Virus record (IMG/VR): IMGVR_UViG_3300048996_000065
Location: 1,460 to 65,459 of that record
Length of the DNA: 64,000 nucleotides
Origin: a virus
Lineage: Duplodnaviria > Caudoviricetes
Strand: one strand, 5' to 3'
Part shown: positions 1-8,991 of the stretch, piece by piece
Position numbering within the stretch: position 1 is the stretch's first letter
How the letters are laid out: each line of letters starts with the position of its first letter
The notes under the pieces: generated by a model
What the model saw: only the letters and a program-made list of their open reading frames with translations
The model's database searches: none
Told to the model about the DNA's origin: nothing
Program-made: the position numbers and the translations under genes

Positions 1-983
1 TGAGAAGCCAGATTAGTACCATCTGCTCCATACCAGATGAAGGATCCGAGTTGATCCCCGCTTTGCACAATGGTGCTACCACCTAAACCGGCACTTCGAG
101 TTTTGCCTAGTTTGACAATGGGGCCTGCATTGGATGCAGAGTCTCTAACAAGAGAATGAGAAGCGGAAGCTGTGTCCGTACCTTCTTGTTGAAAACGAGT
201 GGTAGAAACGTTTCCAACACTTAACGCAGTACCACCCCCATATACAAAGGAAGTCCCATCAAAGATGAAGGTTGATGCACCCCCCAACGCGCCCGCGTTG
301 TTATACTGCATCTGAGTGGTAGATCCACCAGCCCCATTGACGGGGCAACCGGTGCCATCCGCACGACAGATGTTGGAACCATTAACCGTGGCGGTTGTTG
401 CAGTGATCGCAACTGAATCGATAGTAGTACCAGTTCTATCTACCAAGATGGCAGTGGTTGCCGCCGATACCGCGTCATTGACCGCTTCTAATCTCCAGGT
501 TTCGGCTGTTGGACCGATTCTCCATCGCTGATTATTGGCGGCCCCGTCCGTCTCTTGCCAACCCAAAAGTGGGGCAGTTGATGATAGAAGAACCGCTCCG
601 GCCCCCGTTGTATTACTGAAGATATGTTGACCCGACCAAGTGGGAGTAATCGATTGACTCAGCGCGGGTGCGCCATCTGATCGCATGAAGGTAGCCGCTA
701 CACCATTAATAGCAGTCAACCCCAAGCTGGCCGTGGGATTAGCCGGAGATACTGATGTCACGATTTGACAAGAACCGTCACCGCGAAGGAATGTGGTAGG
801 ATCGCAAGTACCACTCCACAGAGTGATTACATCGCTGGATGTGGCTGAAGTGGTTACGAAAGTATTTTCGTCACCCACCATAATGCCATCAGATGGCTGG
901 AATAGGGGAAAAGCCGTTTGGGCATCGGCCGTACCGAAGAACAGCGCCAGTGATAGCGCCAAGGTTTTAAGTAGAGTTTTCAT
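1..983 (-). CDS. Tail fibre-like protein with N-terminal Sec-type signal peptide (runs off window start)
   Basis: Not in the ORF track; translated by hand from ATG 983: MKTLLKTLALSLALFFGTADAQTAF...FLRGDGSC...FMRSDGAPAL...GGSTTQMQYNNAGAFGG. Fibre-type motifs, Gly/Thr/Ser-rich, ATGA overlap with the upstream gene. Confidence 0.75.
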   Translation of the reverse strand, partial: MKTLLKTLALSLALFFGTADAQTAFPLFQPSDGIMVGDENTFVTTSATSSDVITLWSGTCDPTTFLRGDGSCQIVTSVSPANPTASLGLTAINGVAATFMRSDGAPALSQSITPTWSGQHIFSNTTGAGAVLLSSTAPLLGWQETDGAANNQRWRIGPTAETWRLEAVNDAVSAATTAILVDRTGTTIDSVAITATTATVNGSNICRADGTGCPVNGAGGSTTQMQYNNAGALGGASTFIFDGTSFVYGGGTALSVGNVSTTRFQQEGTDTASASHSLVRDSASNAGPIVKLGKTRSAGLGGSTIVQSGDQLGSFIWYGADGTNLAS

Positions 984-1570
984 GAGTAAGGCACCCATTT
1001 CCCGATGGAAGTAGAATATCGAAGCGTGTAACTGGAATTTGTGATCAATCCCACATTAGCTGCCAACCTGAATTGGTTTGCCGCCGCTGAGCCGGTAAGA
1101 GCGCTCAGGGTGAGCAAGTTGGGACCCAGGTTGGTGATAGTAACGATCTGACCATCAAACTGGGCTATCATTCCAGTCAGCTGGGCGATACCGGCAGCGG
1201 TACTGCAATCCAAGAACCCAGGGAACAACGGATCGGGACCCAGGATGAAATCGTGATTAGCTCCAGCCGCCAGAACCGCCGATTGAAGAGCAGTGGAAGC
1301 TCCGACGGCGGAAATCACATTTAATGACAACTCGCCACCAGGACCACCATCAACCAATTGAACGCTTAAGCTGCTAACCAGCTGACGTGATCCAGGAATG
1401 GATCCGCCCATGCCAGAAACCGTAATCAGGGAATCCGTAGGCAATACCAAATCCCGAGTTCGAATCTGACGACTGTTACCCAATTGAACTGATTCCAGCA
1501 GTTCATCACCAGATAATGGTGTCTCGGCTACAGTCAGAGCCGTAATCTTTCGTGTAGGAGCAAGCGACAT
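980..1570 (-). CDS. Tail/fibre-associated structural protein
   Basis: 196 aa, beta-rich with small residues, between adaptor and fibre genes, translationally coupled. Confidence 0.55.
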   Translation of the reverse strand: MSLAPTRKITALTVAETPLSGDELLESVQLGNSRQIRTRDLVLPTDSLITVSGMGGSIPGSRQLVSSLSVQLVDGGPGGELSLNVISAVGASTALQSAVLAAGANHDFILGPDPLFPGFLDCSTAAGIAQLTGMIAQFDGQIVTITNLGPNLLTLSALTGSAAANQFRLAANVGLITNSSYTLRYSTSIGKWVPYS

Positions 1571-1923
1571 TACGGTAACACCTCAGTGATTCTGTAGTCA
1601 TCGTCCACTTCGCCGTCCAAATCATCACCCTGAGTCAAACGATAGAAATCGTCTTGGGTGATTCGAAGGTCACCGTCATATTCTTCCGGATCGGGAGTAA
1701 CGCCAATGTTGACGTCCGGCCGATAGTGAGGCAACGTGATATCCTCCGTTGCACGGGCGGGAAGCCGCCAGGGGTCGAATTCATCGTTGTCCGCTTCACA
1801 AACCAAAAGACCGGGGGTGTTCCGGTCCGGTTGAAGTTCGTTAATAGGAAACTTCTTACGACAACGATCGCATATCCCGATGCCGAGATTTGAGTTTCCG
1901 CGAGTGTCTAGGAAAATAGACAC
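1570..1923 (-). CDS. Conserved virion morphogenesis protein with CxxC motif
   Basis: GICDRC...GLLVC...FDPWRLPAR...RPD pattern, located in the structural operon. Confidence 0.55.
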   Translation of the reverse strand: MSIFLDTRGNSNLGIGICDRCRKKFPINELQPDRNTPGLLVCEADNDEFDPWRLPARATEDITLPHYRPDVNIGVTPDPEEYDGDLRITQDDFYRLTQGDDLDGEVDDDYRITEVLP

Positions 1924-1925
1924 GA

Positions 1926-2981
1926 TTACCTCGTGTATGGCGAGATGTTGATTCGAAGCATCACTGCAGATCCATCGCTCTGACTATCCCAAGCAATCTT
2001 GAGTTGATTGCTAGCCTCCTGCTCCAAGCTCGGCATGACCTCCGCTTTCACCTCAGGGATTGAATACCCCAACTGCCGGGCCAGCTCGCATACAATTGCA
2101 AGGAACCAGTTCTGAGGAACCTGGATTTCTTGGGTCATCGTTCCAACATCTTGGATATAGCGTTGAACGCGAGCAACGATCTGGTAGTAAGTGAACTCCG
2201 GAGCTGGCGCAGGCCAGAGCCCCATCGAAGGCTGAGTGCGTTGCTTGTCAAACCAATATTCGGTTGGGCGACTAGCAAAGGTCTTGTCCGGCTGGCTATC
2301 GTAGTCATCCCGATTGATGAGAGCCAGGGGAATCTCGTTAGGCGTATTAGCCGCAACGAATTCGGCCACGTCCAGAACCGTAGCGGAACCACCGCGAATC
2401 CGGCAGTAGTTGGTGGGATAGATACCGGAGAGATCGAACCAGAACCATTCTTGCTCGATCATCTCTTGCGCTACAGCGGTGTAGACGGTATCCCAAGTCA
2501 CCCCATCTTCGGAAACCTCGATGAAGTAATCCCATTCCTCGGTTACCTCCGGAAGAATACCGAACGTGGTCAACCGGGTTTCCGCTTCGAATTGAATCGT
2601 GATATTGCCCCCAGGGTTGGTCTGAGTGCATGCCGTCATGATGTCACTGTCGAAAGCGTTGTCTGCCGTTCCTTCCGATGATGAATAGGTACCCGTCGGG
2701 CGCATCACGCTACGGATGTTGGCATCGAGCAAATCGATGGTTCCTACCGGTAAGGGGACATCAGGAACGTAACCGTAGATAGGAAGAATCTCACTACCGA
2801 CGGCCCAAAGGGCTACACCCTTGGATGAAATCGTGGAAAGAAACAGGTAAAGAAGATCCTTAGCCGTCTCGATGTTCTCGGACGTGATCTGTTGGGGGCT
2901 CAGTTTACAACGACGAAAGGCATGGTCAATTACCTTTCTCGTGTTAAAAAGAGTCTGCGATACGGTACCCGACGTGGCCAA
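1926..2981 (-). CDS. Head-tail adaptor / tail tubular protein with inserted discoidin-like domain
   Basis: MATSGT N-terminus, RDDY...RPTEYWF...LWPAP adaptor-like C-terminus, central NAFD...EVSEDGVTW discoidin-like segment; TTG start with AGGAG RBS. Confidence 0.6.
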   Translation of the reverse strand: MATSGTVSQTLFNTRKVIDHAFRRCKLSPQQITSENIETAKDLLYLFLSTISSKGVALWAVGSEILPIYGYVPDVPLPVGTIDLLDANIRSVMRPTGTYSSSEGTADNAFDSDIMTACTQTNPGGNITIQFEAETRLTTFGILPEVTEEWDYFIEVSEDGVTWDTVYTAVAQEMIEQEWFWFDLSGIYPTNYCRIRGGSATVLDVAEFVAANTPNEIPLALINRDDYDSQPDKTFASRPTEYWFDKQRTQPSMGLWPAPAPEFTYYQIVARVQRYIQDVGTMTQEIQVPQNWFLAIVCELARQLGYSIPEVKAEVMPSLEQEASNQLKIAWDSQSDGSAVMLRINISPYTR

Positions 2982-3041
2982 AGCTTTCTCCTATCAGAAA
3001 ACAGTTAGCCCGCCGGGTGTAGCAGACTCGATGTTAATGCG

Positions 3042-3075
3042 CCGCCATTATAAGGCGGTGAACTCTAATCGGCTA
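3042..3075 (-). promoter_or_regulatory. Putative sigma70-type promoter with the -10 box inside an inverted repeat
   Basis: Minus strand TAGCCG-17 nt-TATAAT; TATAAT is flanked by CCGCC/GGCGG. Confidence 0.4.
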
Positions 3076-3306
3076 ATCTTCAAATTTTGGGACCTTGCCG
3101 CCTTTGGCAAAATCGGTCCAGCCGATTGAATGGGGGGTGTTGGATGCGAGACCTCCAATGGCTTTCTTCATGACGCGCTTTGGAGCACGACGGGAATAGC
3201 CTGACACCTGTTTCACCCCCCCAGAACTGGGACCGAAGCCAGCCTTTGAAGGAAAAGTGAAGTTTCCGTACTTTGGGCCATTGCCTGTTTTCTTGAAACC
3301 TTTCAT
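3073..3306 (-). CDS. Small basic virion protein with AxGG motifs
   Basis: Likely start MKGFKKTG at 3306, directly after the upstream stop; contains KKAIGGL and FAKGGKV. Confidence 0.65.
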   Translation of the reverse strand: MKGFKKTGNGPKYGNFTFPSKAGFGPSSGGVKQVSGYSRRAPKRVMKKAIGGLASNTPHSIGWTDFAKGGKVPKFED

Positions 3307-3307
3307 A

Positions 3308-3589
3308 TCATGACCCCGCCACGCCGCCTTGCTGCGACACAGAGAATACGTCAGTGGGCGCCATGCCCGTGGCCCTAACCGCTCGCGTACCTTGAGAGAA
3401 GATACCGAACCCAGAGGTAAGGGTGATGGTCCCGAAACGTGGAGTGATCGACAGATCAAACACATTGTCGGCGGTGAATTCAACTGCCCCAGCGCCATCA
3501 AGCCAGACGCCACCGGGGAACCCGGCATAAGTATCAACAGGGACCCATGGTGTGGTCCCCGTGACACCCGTAATTCTTACGGGACGCAT
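3308..3589 (-). CDS. Small virion structural protein
   Basis: 93 aa beta-rich ORF tightly packed in the head operon. Confidence 0.55.
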   Translation of the reverse strand: MRPVRITGVTGTTPWVPVDTYAGFPGGVWLDGAGAVEFTADNVFDLSITPRFGTITLTSGFGIFSQGTRAVRATGMAPTDVFSVSQQGGVAGS

Positions 3590-3590
3590 C

Positions 3591-4310
3591 TTAACGCTCC
3601 TGAGCGAACATCAGGTAGTCGACCGTCGCAGTCTTCGCAACAGCTTCACCGTTCTTCAGGGAGATGATCGGGGCGCACTCCGTATTGGGCAGCAATGCCG
3701 CCGATACGGTGATGTAACCCGTGACCGTGCCATTGACCGAGTAGTAGAGTCGATCGACACCGTCGAAGAAACAAGCAACTTCCATCATCGTCGCTGCCAC
3801 GACTGTAGCAATGGCCCCGGAGTTAACCGAGCCCGTTGTATTGTCCTGACGCGAGTAAAGAGCGATGGTAGCAGCCGCAGTGGCTTTCAGAAAGAAAATA
3901 CCGTCGAGCGCCGTCGCCAGTGCGGTACCGTCGGCGTTAGCCACCTGAATGCCGATAGCGAAAGCTGACAGGGTTGCATCGGAGATAGCGAACCGAGCCT
4001 TCATGAAGAATTTCTTGCCGACGACCGGCAAGTAGGATTCACCAATCTTCTGAACCTGATTGATATCAGCAGCGCCAGCCGAGTTGGTCAGCAACAGAAG
4101 ACCGTTGTTACCATCGAGCAAAGCCTGTGTGGCACCCGCCTGCGTTTCCGTCACGGTCCAGTTGGCAGCCGTGAAGTAATCGAAGTCCTCGAAGAACTCG
4201 TGGAAAGGGGTTGGATCGATGTAGGGCATCGAGCCACCCCAGATCGTCCCGTCGGGGGAGGTATTGATACCACCCTGAAAGCGTGTTACCGCCAATGAAT
4301 TGAGAGGCAT
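3591..4310 (-). CDS. Virion structural protein (possible capsid decoration/fibre)
   Basis: 239 aa, FFEDFDYF...WTVTET lectin-like beta-sandwich pattern, directly after MCP. Confidence 0.6.
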   Translation of the reverse strand: MPLNSLAVTRFQGGINTSPDGTIWGGSMPYIDPTPFHEFFEDFDYFTAANWTVTETQAGATQALLDGNNGLLLLTNSAGAADINQVQKIGESYLPVVGKKFFMKARFAISDATLSAFAIGIQVANADGTALATALDGIFFLKATAAATIALYSRQDNTTGSVNSGAIATVVAATMMEVACFFDGVDRLYYSVNGTVTGYITVSAALLPNTECAPIISLKNGEAVAKTATVDYLMFAQER

Positions 4311-4354
4311 TTGTGCAAGTCTCCTAAAACCAGTTACGTGTGGTAGATACGAGA

Positions 4355-4376
4355 GGGCCCCGTTGCATAGGGGCCC
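4355..4376 (-). terminator. GC hairpin downstream of MCP (weak terminator or mRNA stabiliser)
   Basis: GGGCCCC-8 nt-GGGGCCC; poor U tract. Confidence 0.45.
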
Positions 4377-4401
4377 CCAAGGGAATCAATTCCAAATCCG
4401 G

Positions 4402-5319
4402 TTAGAGTCCCGGAGTTCCGTAAAGGATGCGTGGATCCGTCCAGCCCGGGATATAACGCTCTGTGGCCTTGTAGCGCATGCTATCCGTATTGAAGTCGCC
4501 TTCCATGCTGCGTTCGAGCTTACGGCGCGTCAGGAGCTTCAACCCCTGCGGAGCGTCGGTCTCGATCCACCAAGCCGTTGTCGAAGTGATGCGGCTGATA
4601 TTCGCCTGACCATCCTTCAACATGTTCATCGACTTGATCGGATTGATGTCGTTGTTGCCCGTGCCAGCTCGGAGAATGCTCTTCAGCAGCACTTCCGCCT
4701 GGAAGACGTTCGATGGGCCCGTGACGATACGCATCGGCGTGAGACGGATGCGCTTACCGTTGTTGTCAACGGCATTACGAATCTGAATCAGCATCTGCTC
4801 CAGCGAAGTTTGCGACAGAGCAGCAGCAGTCGTGAGCAGGTTGCTGAAGGTACCACCGATGATCGGATGGTTCGTGGCGTTCAGAGCAACACCGTCACCA
4901 CCCACGAAAGCGCCGCCCGTGAACGAGCGGTTGATGATATTTGCCGTCAACGTTTCTTTCGTCTCGATCATCGACTGAGCGAGATGTTCAGAATACGTCG
5001 TACCGATCTTGATGTGATCACCGTCTTCGACCAGCACCTTCGTGAGAGCGAAAGCGAGACCGAATACCTTGTAGACGTAGCGCTGAATGAACAGCACGCC
5101 GCCAGACTGGTAGGTGACCGGAGCACCATCGGGCAGCTCAGGAGCCGCACCGAAGCCGTAAAGAACCGGCTCTTCGTGGTAGTTGCGAGGCGTACCACGT
5201 TGTTCGCGGAAGACTGGCTTCCACTCGTCGGCACGTTGATCGTAGATACCGTCAAACGTTTCGTTCAAAATCGGTTCGACGATTGAACGAAAGTCTGTAC
5301 TGCGCATTGGCGTAGCCAT
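4402..5319 (-). CDS. Major capsid protein (HK97 fold)
   Basis: 305 aa; GFGAAP..DG, LAQSMIETKE..ANIIN, GGDGVAL...HP, NNDINP, MEGDFNTDSMRYKATERY..GWTDPR. Confidence 0.9.
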   Translation of the reverse strand: MATPMRSTDFRSIVEPILNETFDGIYDQRADEWKPVFREQRGTPRNYHEEPVLYGFGAAPELPDGAPVTYQSGGVLFIQRYVYKVFGLAFALTKVLVEDGDHIKIGTTYSEHLAQSMIETKETLTANIINRSFTGGAFVGGDGVALNATNHPIIGGTFSNLLTTAAALSQTSLEQMLIQIRNAVDNNGKRIRLTPMRIVTGPSNVFQAEVLLKSILRAGTGNNDINPIKSMNMLKDGQANISRITSTTAWWIETDAPQGLKLLTRRKLERSMEGDFNTDSMRYKATERYIPGWTDPRILYGTPGL

Positions 5320-5332
5320 GAATTATTCTCCG

Positions 5333-5911
5333 TTAAGCGAAGGCAGGCCGCGCACCAACGAGCTGGTGACGAGCAATTTGAACCTGTACGATGGTGAACG
5401 CATCACCCCAGTCGTTATCAGGGCCCTTGGTGATACCGACGATCTGCAGCTGATCTTGCGCAGCCAGAATCGTGGCAGTATCGAGCGTAACGGTAGACAG
5501 ACCCGTTCCCGTATCACCCGACTGAGCCGTGAAGCTGCCGATGAGACCGAGAGACGTACGCGCCACCACGCCATTGGCTTGGATCTCGTACGTGATCCAT
5601 GGATCTTGCGTGTAGTACACGACCGTACCCGGGTCGTTCGCCAGCGCAACCGTGCCGGTAGGCCACCAGTTGCTGACAGTACGACGTCCCTGCGCGTTCG
5701 TGTATTCTACGCCTTGCATGACGCCGATGAGTGGATTGGCCGCGCCAGCCGTAGCCGGACGGATATCACCCGTTGCTGAGTCGATGAGAACTGGAGCATT
5801 CATGAACATGTTCACGGCTGCACCAGACGTAATTGTTCCAACCGAGGGGCGGATGTCGCCCGACGGGTGGAAGCTTGGCCGGAGGCCAAACGCTGCACTT
5901 ACTGAAGACAT
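5333..5911 (-). CDS. Capsid cement/decoration protein
   Basis: AFGLRP, GVMQGVEYT, DPWITYEIQ motifs; immediately upstream of MCP. Confidence 0.65.
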   Translation of the reverse strand: MSSVSAAFGLRPSFHPSGDIRPSVGTITSGAAVNMFMNAPVLIDSATGDIRPATAGAANPLIGVMQGVEYTNAQGRRTVSNWWPTGTVALANDPGTVVYYTQDPWITYEIQANGVVARTSLGLIGSFTAQSGDTGTGLSTVTLDTATILAAQDQLQIVGITKGPDNDWGDAFTIVQVQIARHQLVGARPAFA

Positions 5912-5947
5912 TTTGAGAAGATCTCCGCGTTAGCGAAATGTTCCCCG

Positions 5948-6514
5948 TCAGTCTTCCCCAACCAAAGAACCAAAGTTGGGGACCTTACGGGACCTCCCCA
6001 GTTCTGCGTTGCCTTCGTACTCCATGATCTTGGTCTTGCGCGATAGCCCCTGCTCTTCCAGGGACTGATTAGCCATATCAACCGCGACCCGAAGCTTCAA
6101 CTCCTCATCCCTAGGCTGAGTGTAGTGAGCTTCTTTCATATACGCCTGATAAAGCGAGAGCGGCAGCTTGAAAGCCACCATCTCATTGACACCAATACAT
6201 CCCTGGAGTTCGCCGGACGTAACTCTCAGCTGTTCATACCCGGGGACTTCGTGGGACTTGATCGGAGTATATCCAATGCGCATGCGCCCATGGATGGGAT
6301 CGCGCGAATTAGTCGTCGTCAACCAGCAGACGTGATAACCCGGAATCTTGGGAAGGTCAGGCAACGAAGCCTGGAAAAATTGCTTTCTGAACGTTTCAAG
6401 ACGCTTGGAGTCAGACAATCTCCGATTTTTCTTGATCACCCGCTTTTTCGAGTGGCGATCAGCACGGGAATCTTCTGAAGCTCTCTTCAGTCTCGAGTCT
6501 TTTAATTTAGCCAT
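5948..6514 (-). CDS. Conserved head-module protein
   Basis: LPDLPKIPGYHVCWL...R.RIGY.P...IGVNEMVAFKLP pattern; between scaffold and capsid genes. Confidence 0.6.
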   Translation of the reverse strand: MAKLKDSRLKRASEDSRADRHSKKRVIKKNRRLSDSKRLETFRKQFFQASLPDLPKIPGYHVCWLTTTNSRDPIHGRMRIGYTPIKSHEVPGYEQLRVTSGELQGCIGVNEMVAFKLPLSLYQAYMKEAHYTQPRDEELKLRVAVDMANQSLEEQGLSRKTKIMEYEGNAELGRSRKVPNFGSLVGED

Positions 6515-6541
6515 CTAACTAGCTCCTATATAGCCAGCGGT

Positions 6542-7618
6542 TCAGCGGGAACGAGAACTGGGATTCTCTTTATCCCACTTCTGATAATTTTTGAGGTAAC
6601 GGTTCCGAAGCTTGGGATCATCCCAAACACCCAAATCCTTCAGGGCTTGCTTGCGCTCGGAACTGACGTAAACCTCGTTCTTACGAAGTTGACGTTCGCG
6701 ACCTCCCGTAGAGAAGCGAGGACCGGACTGCCGTTTCTTCGGCTCGGGGCGCTCGTCCTCGTCACCGTCGTCATCATCATCGTCGGCATCGCGACGACTA
6801 TTGTAGACGTGAGGCAACTCCTTCTTGCATCTTCGCGTGAATTCATTCCAATACGCGGGAGTACGAGGGTCGTACCCCTCGCGGGTCAATCGTGCGTCGA
6901 TCGCAGTAGCCTTACGCGAATCCCGGTCTCCACCCTGAGGGTCGTACCAGTCGTTGGTGGCCATCCACTGTTGCGCATGATAAACCAAACGAGAATCGAC
7001 TTCTGGATCGCTTTCCTGCTCTTGAGCCTTTCGATTCATCTCGTTTTTGTAACTCGTGAGCTTCGTCTCCTGCTCCCGGAGTTTGTCACGAATCGCCTGG
7101 GCTTCGACGATATCCACGCCATCGCCACTATCATGCGCCTTGGCAAGAACTTGGTCAGCTACCTTCATCTGCGATCGAACGCTGTTGATTCGCTGATCGA
7201 TCGAGTTGGCTTCGTTTTGAACCGTGCGCTGCTCAACGTTGTTTAGACGTTTCTCCAGCGACTCGTTTCGTTGACGGAGGAAGTTAAGTTCCAGCTCGTT
7301 ACGACGTTTCGCTTGGCGCTGACGCTCGCGTCGGTCCTTACGGGACTCACGTTCACGGGGTTTCTTCTCGTCGGATTCCTCGTCTTCTTCCTCTTCTCCA
7401 TGACCAACCCGCTCGTCGTCCTCGTCGGAATCGCCAGGGTCCTCGTCCTTTTTCTTCGCTTTCTTGCGAGGCTTTTCCTCTTCCTCCTCTTCTTCCCCCG
7501 AATCATCGTCCTCTTTGTCTACCGGACGATCATCCTCGTCATCCTCAGGGGTTTCGGCGCCATCGCCAACCATGACGATGTCATCATCCAATTCTTCGGT
7601 CGATTTTTTCTTAGCCAC
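6542..7618 (-). CDS. Capsid scaffolding protein
   Basis: Acidic N-terminus, long coiled coil, W...N.WY and EGYDP...YW motifs, C-terminal helix; GTG start with AGGAG RBS. Confidence 0.7.
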   Translation of the reverse strand: MAKKKSTEELDDDIVMVGDGAETPEDDEDDRPVDKEDDDSGEEEEEEEKPRKKAKKKDEDPGDSDEDDERVGHGEEEEDEESDEKKPRERESRKDRRERQRQAKRRNELELNFLRQRNESLEKRLNNVEQRTVQNEANSIDQRINSVRSQMKVADQVLAKAHDSGDGVDIVEAQAIRDKLREQETKLTSYKNEMNRKAQEQESDPEVDSRLVYHAQQWMATNDWYDPQGGDRDSRKATAIDARLTREGYDPRTPAYWNEFTRRCKKELPHVYNSRRDADDDDDDGDEDERPEPKKRQSGPRFSTGGRERQLRKNEVYVSSERKQALKDLGVWDDPKLRNRYLKNYQKWDKENPSSRSR

Positions 7619-7644
7619 GTTTCAAACTCCTTACAGCTTGAAGA

Positions 7645-8106
7645 TTAGTCGAGATACGCTTTCACTTTGAGCGGATCGCCTCGGTATCTACCCAGCAGAT
7701 CCAGATCACGGAAAACGATGAAGATCGCAAACTCGCGGTCGTTAGTACCCGGAATCGGTAAACGCCACCGATCCCCGCCGTACTTCGTCACGCGCACGAA
7801 CTCTCCCGGTTCACACCAATCTCCTTCTTTCCAAGATTCCAGGGTGTCCTGGTTCTTGAAAGCGGTGTCGCCGAGAGCAAGAACTTTAGCAACCTGCGTG
7901 CTCCACTGATCCGTCTCTTGAGCATCGTCAGGAATGATGATACCGCCGTCAGACATTTTCTTTGACGTGCGGAGCTGAACAAGAACCCGGTCGCCAAACG
8001 GCTCGAACTCCGGGTCTATTGCAGGGAAGGCTGCCGCCAGGGCTGCCGCATACGCGGCACTAACCTCTTGGGCGGGGAGGCTTTTCAATCGGGTTTGGTT
8101 GCTCAT
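7645..8106 (-). CDS. groES: Co-chaperonin GroES-like protein
   Basis: PFGDRVLVQ...GGIIIPD...KVLALG...WCEPGEFV..TKYGG. Confidence 0.85.
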   Translation of the reverse strand: MSNQTRLKSLPAQEVSAAYAAALAAAFPAIDPEFEPFGDRVLVQLRTSKKMSDGGIIIPDDAQETDQWSTQVAKVLALGDTAFKNQDTLESWKEGDWCEPGEFVRVTKYGGDRWRLPIPGTNDREFAIFIVFRDLDLLGRYRGDPLKVKAYLD

Positions 8107-8278
8107 CTTCTTTAATGGACTCGCTTAGTAATTGCTCGGCCAGCGACAGGCCCTCTTGAATGCCTGCCAGCCGACCGAGTTCGTATGAATCTTTCGAGCG
8201 TGGCGCACGTAACCCTTCGACAGCTTGATTGACCTTCTCTTTTTTGAGTCGGCCCAAAAACTTCTCTACAGCGGCCAT
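8060..8278 (-). CDS. Small conserved head-module protein
   Basis: 72 aa helical, YELGRLAGIQEGL..AE pattern upstream of GroES. Confidence 0.55.
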   Translation of the reverse strand: MAAVEKFLGRLKKEKVNQAVEGLRAPRSKDSYELGRLAGIQEGLSLAEQLLSESIKEDEQPNPIEKPPRPRG

Positions 8279-8307
8279 ATACTACCACGCTCTTGTATTT
8301 GTTGCAA
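8279..8307 (-). promoter_or_regulatory. Sigma70-type promoter for the GroES-scaffold-capsid operon
   Basis: Minus strand TTGCAA-17 nt-TAGTAT with TG extension. Confidence 0.6.
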
Positions 8308-8320
8308 AACGCCTACAGGG

Positions 8321-8479
8321 TTAGCACTTACCCTTTCCGCCGCGCATTCCCTTTCCGCTTGCCACTCTTCCGCCTCCCTTGAATTTCTTCGCGCTTCCCG
8401 CGTTGCTCTGACCCGGTCCCTTGGTCTGGCTCTTGCTTCCCGTCGCCAGCTGGTATCTCTGTCGTGTCGCTTCGCTCAT
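8321..8479 (-). CDS. Small basic protein with GG motif, overlapping the acidic ORF
   Basis: MSEATRQRYQLATG...KKFKGGGRV; GAGG RBS upstream of ATG 8479. Confidence 0.55.
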   Translation of the reverse strand: MSEATRQRYQLATGSKSQTKGPGQSNAGSAKKFKGGGRVASGKGMRGGKGKC

Positions 8480-8741
8480 CGGTTTCGTCCTCGGTGGTTT
8501 CGTCGTCATCAGTTTCATCTGTGTCGACATCGGTTTCATCTTCGTCATCATCGTCATCATCCGGCAGAAGATTGGCACCGTCGGGATTCAAACCAGTTGC
8601 TGGGAATCCCGCTACCTTCAAATCCTCGAGCCAAGACTTCCCATCCCAGACCCTTCGCCACACGGGCGAATGTCCGTCGGGTGAAAGCCATTCCATCCCC
8701 TTCGCGGGGTTTGTCGGTTCGATCAAACTTTTCTGACGCAT
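8328..8741 (-). CDS. Acidic hypothetical protein
   Basis: GGGAG RBS; Asp/Glu/Thr tract. Confidence 0.55.
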   Translation of the reverse strand: MRQKSLIEPTNPAKGMEWLSPDGHSPVWRRVWDGKSWLEDLKVAGFPATGLNPDGANLLPDDDDDDEDETDVDTDETDDDETTEDETDERSDTTEIPAGDGKQEPDQGTGSEQRGKREEIQGRRKSGKRKGNARRKG

Positions 8742-8751
8742 CTTGCTCCCC

Positions 8752-8985
8752 TTATCGAGTGATATGCTTCGTGGCCCACATGACCGCTTCTTCTACCTTC
8801 GTCTTAGCGGACGAAAGCTCGCGGGATACACCGAAGCTTTCGATCAACTCGAAAAGCTCCAAGCCCTTATCCTTAACGGCTTGCATCTGAAGTTTCTCTT
8901 CGGGGGACAACACGCGGTAAGCGTGACGCATGACGTTGTTGACAACGCGCTCGTCAGAGGTTGAATTCACGGTTTCGAGAGGCAT
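8752..8985 (-). CDS. Acb2/Tad1-like cyclic-nucleotide sponge (putative anti-CBASS)
   Basis: YRVLSPEEKLQMQAVKDKG and RELSSAKTKVEEAVMWA resemble the Acb2-type helical hairpin family. Confidence 0.65.
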   Translation of the reverse strand: MPLETVNSTSDERVVNNVMRHAYRVLSPEEKLQMQAVKDKGLELFELIESFGVSRELSSAKTKVEEAVMWATKHITR

Positions 8986-8991
8986 GCTTAG

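Noticed and set aside
4300-5286. Long plus-strand ORFs antisense to MCP, scaffold and portal (also 9163-9864 and similar)
   Set aside because: Antisense shadows from codon bias; no RBS or recognisable motifs
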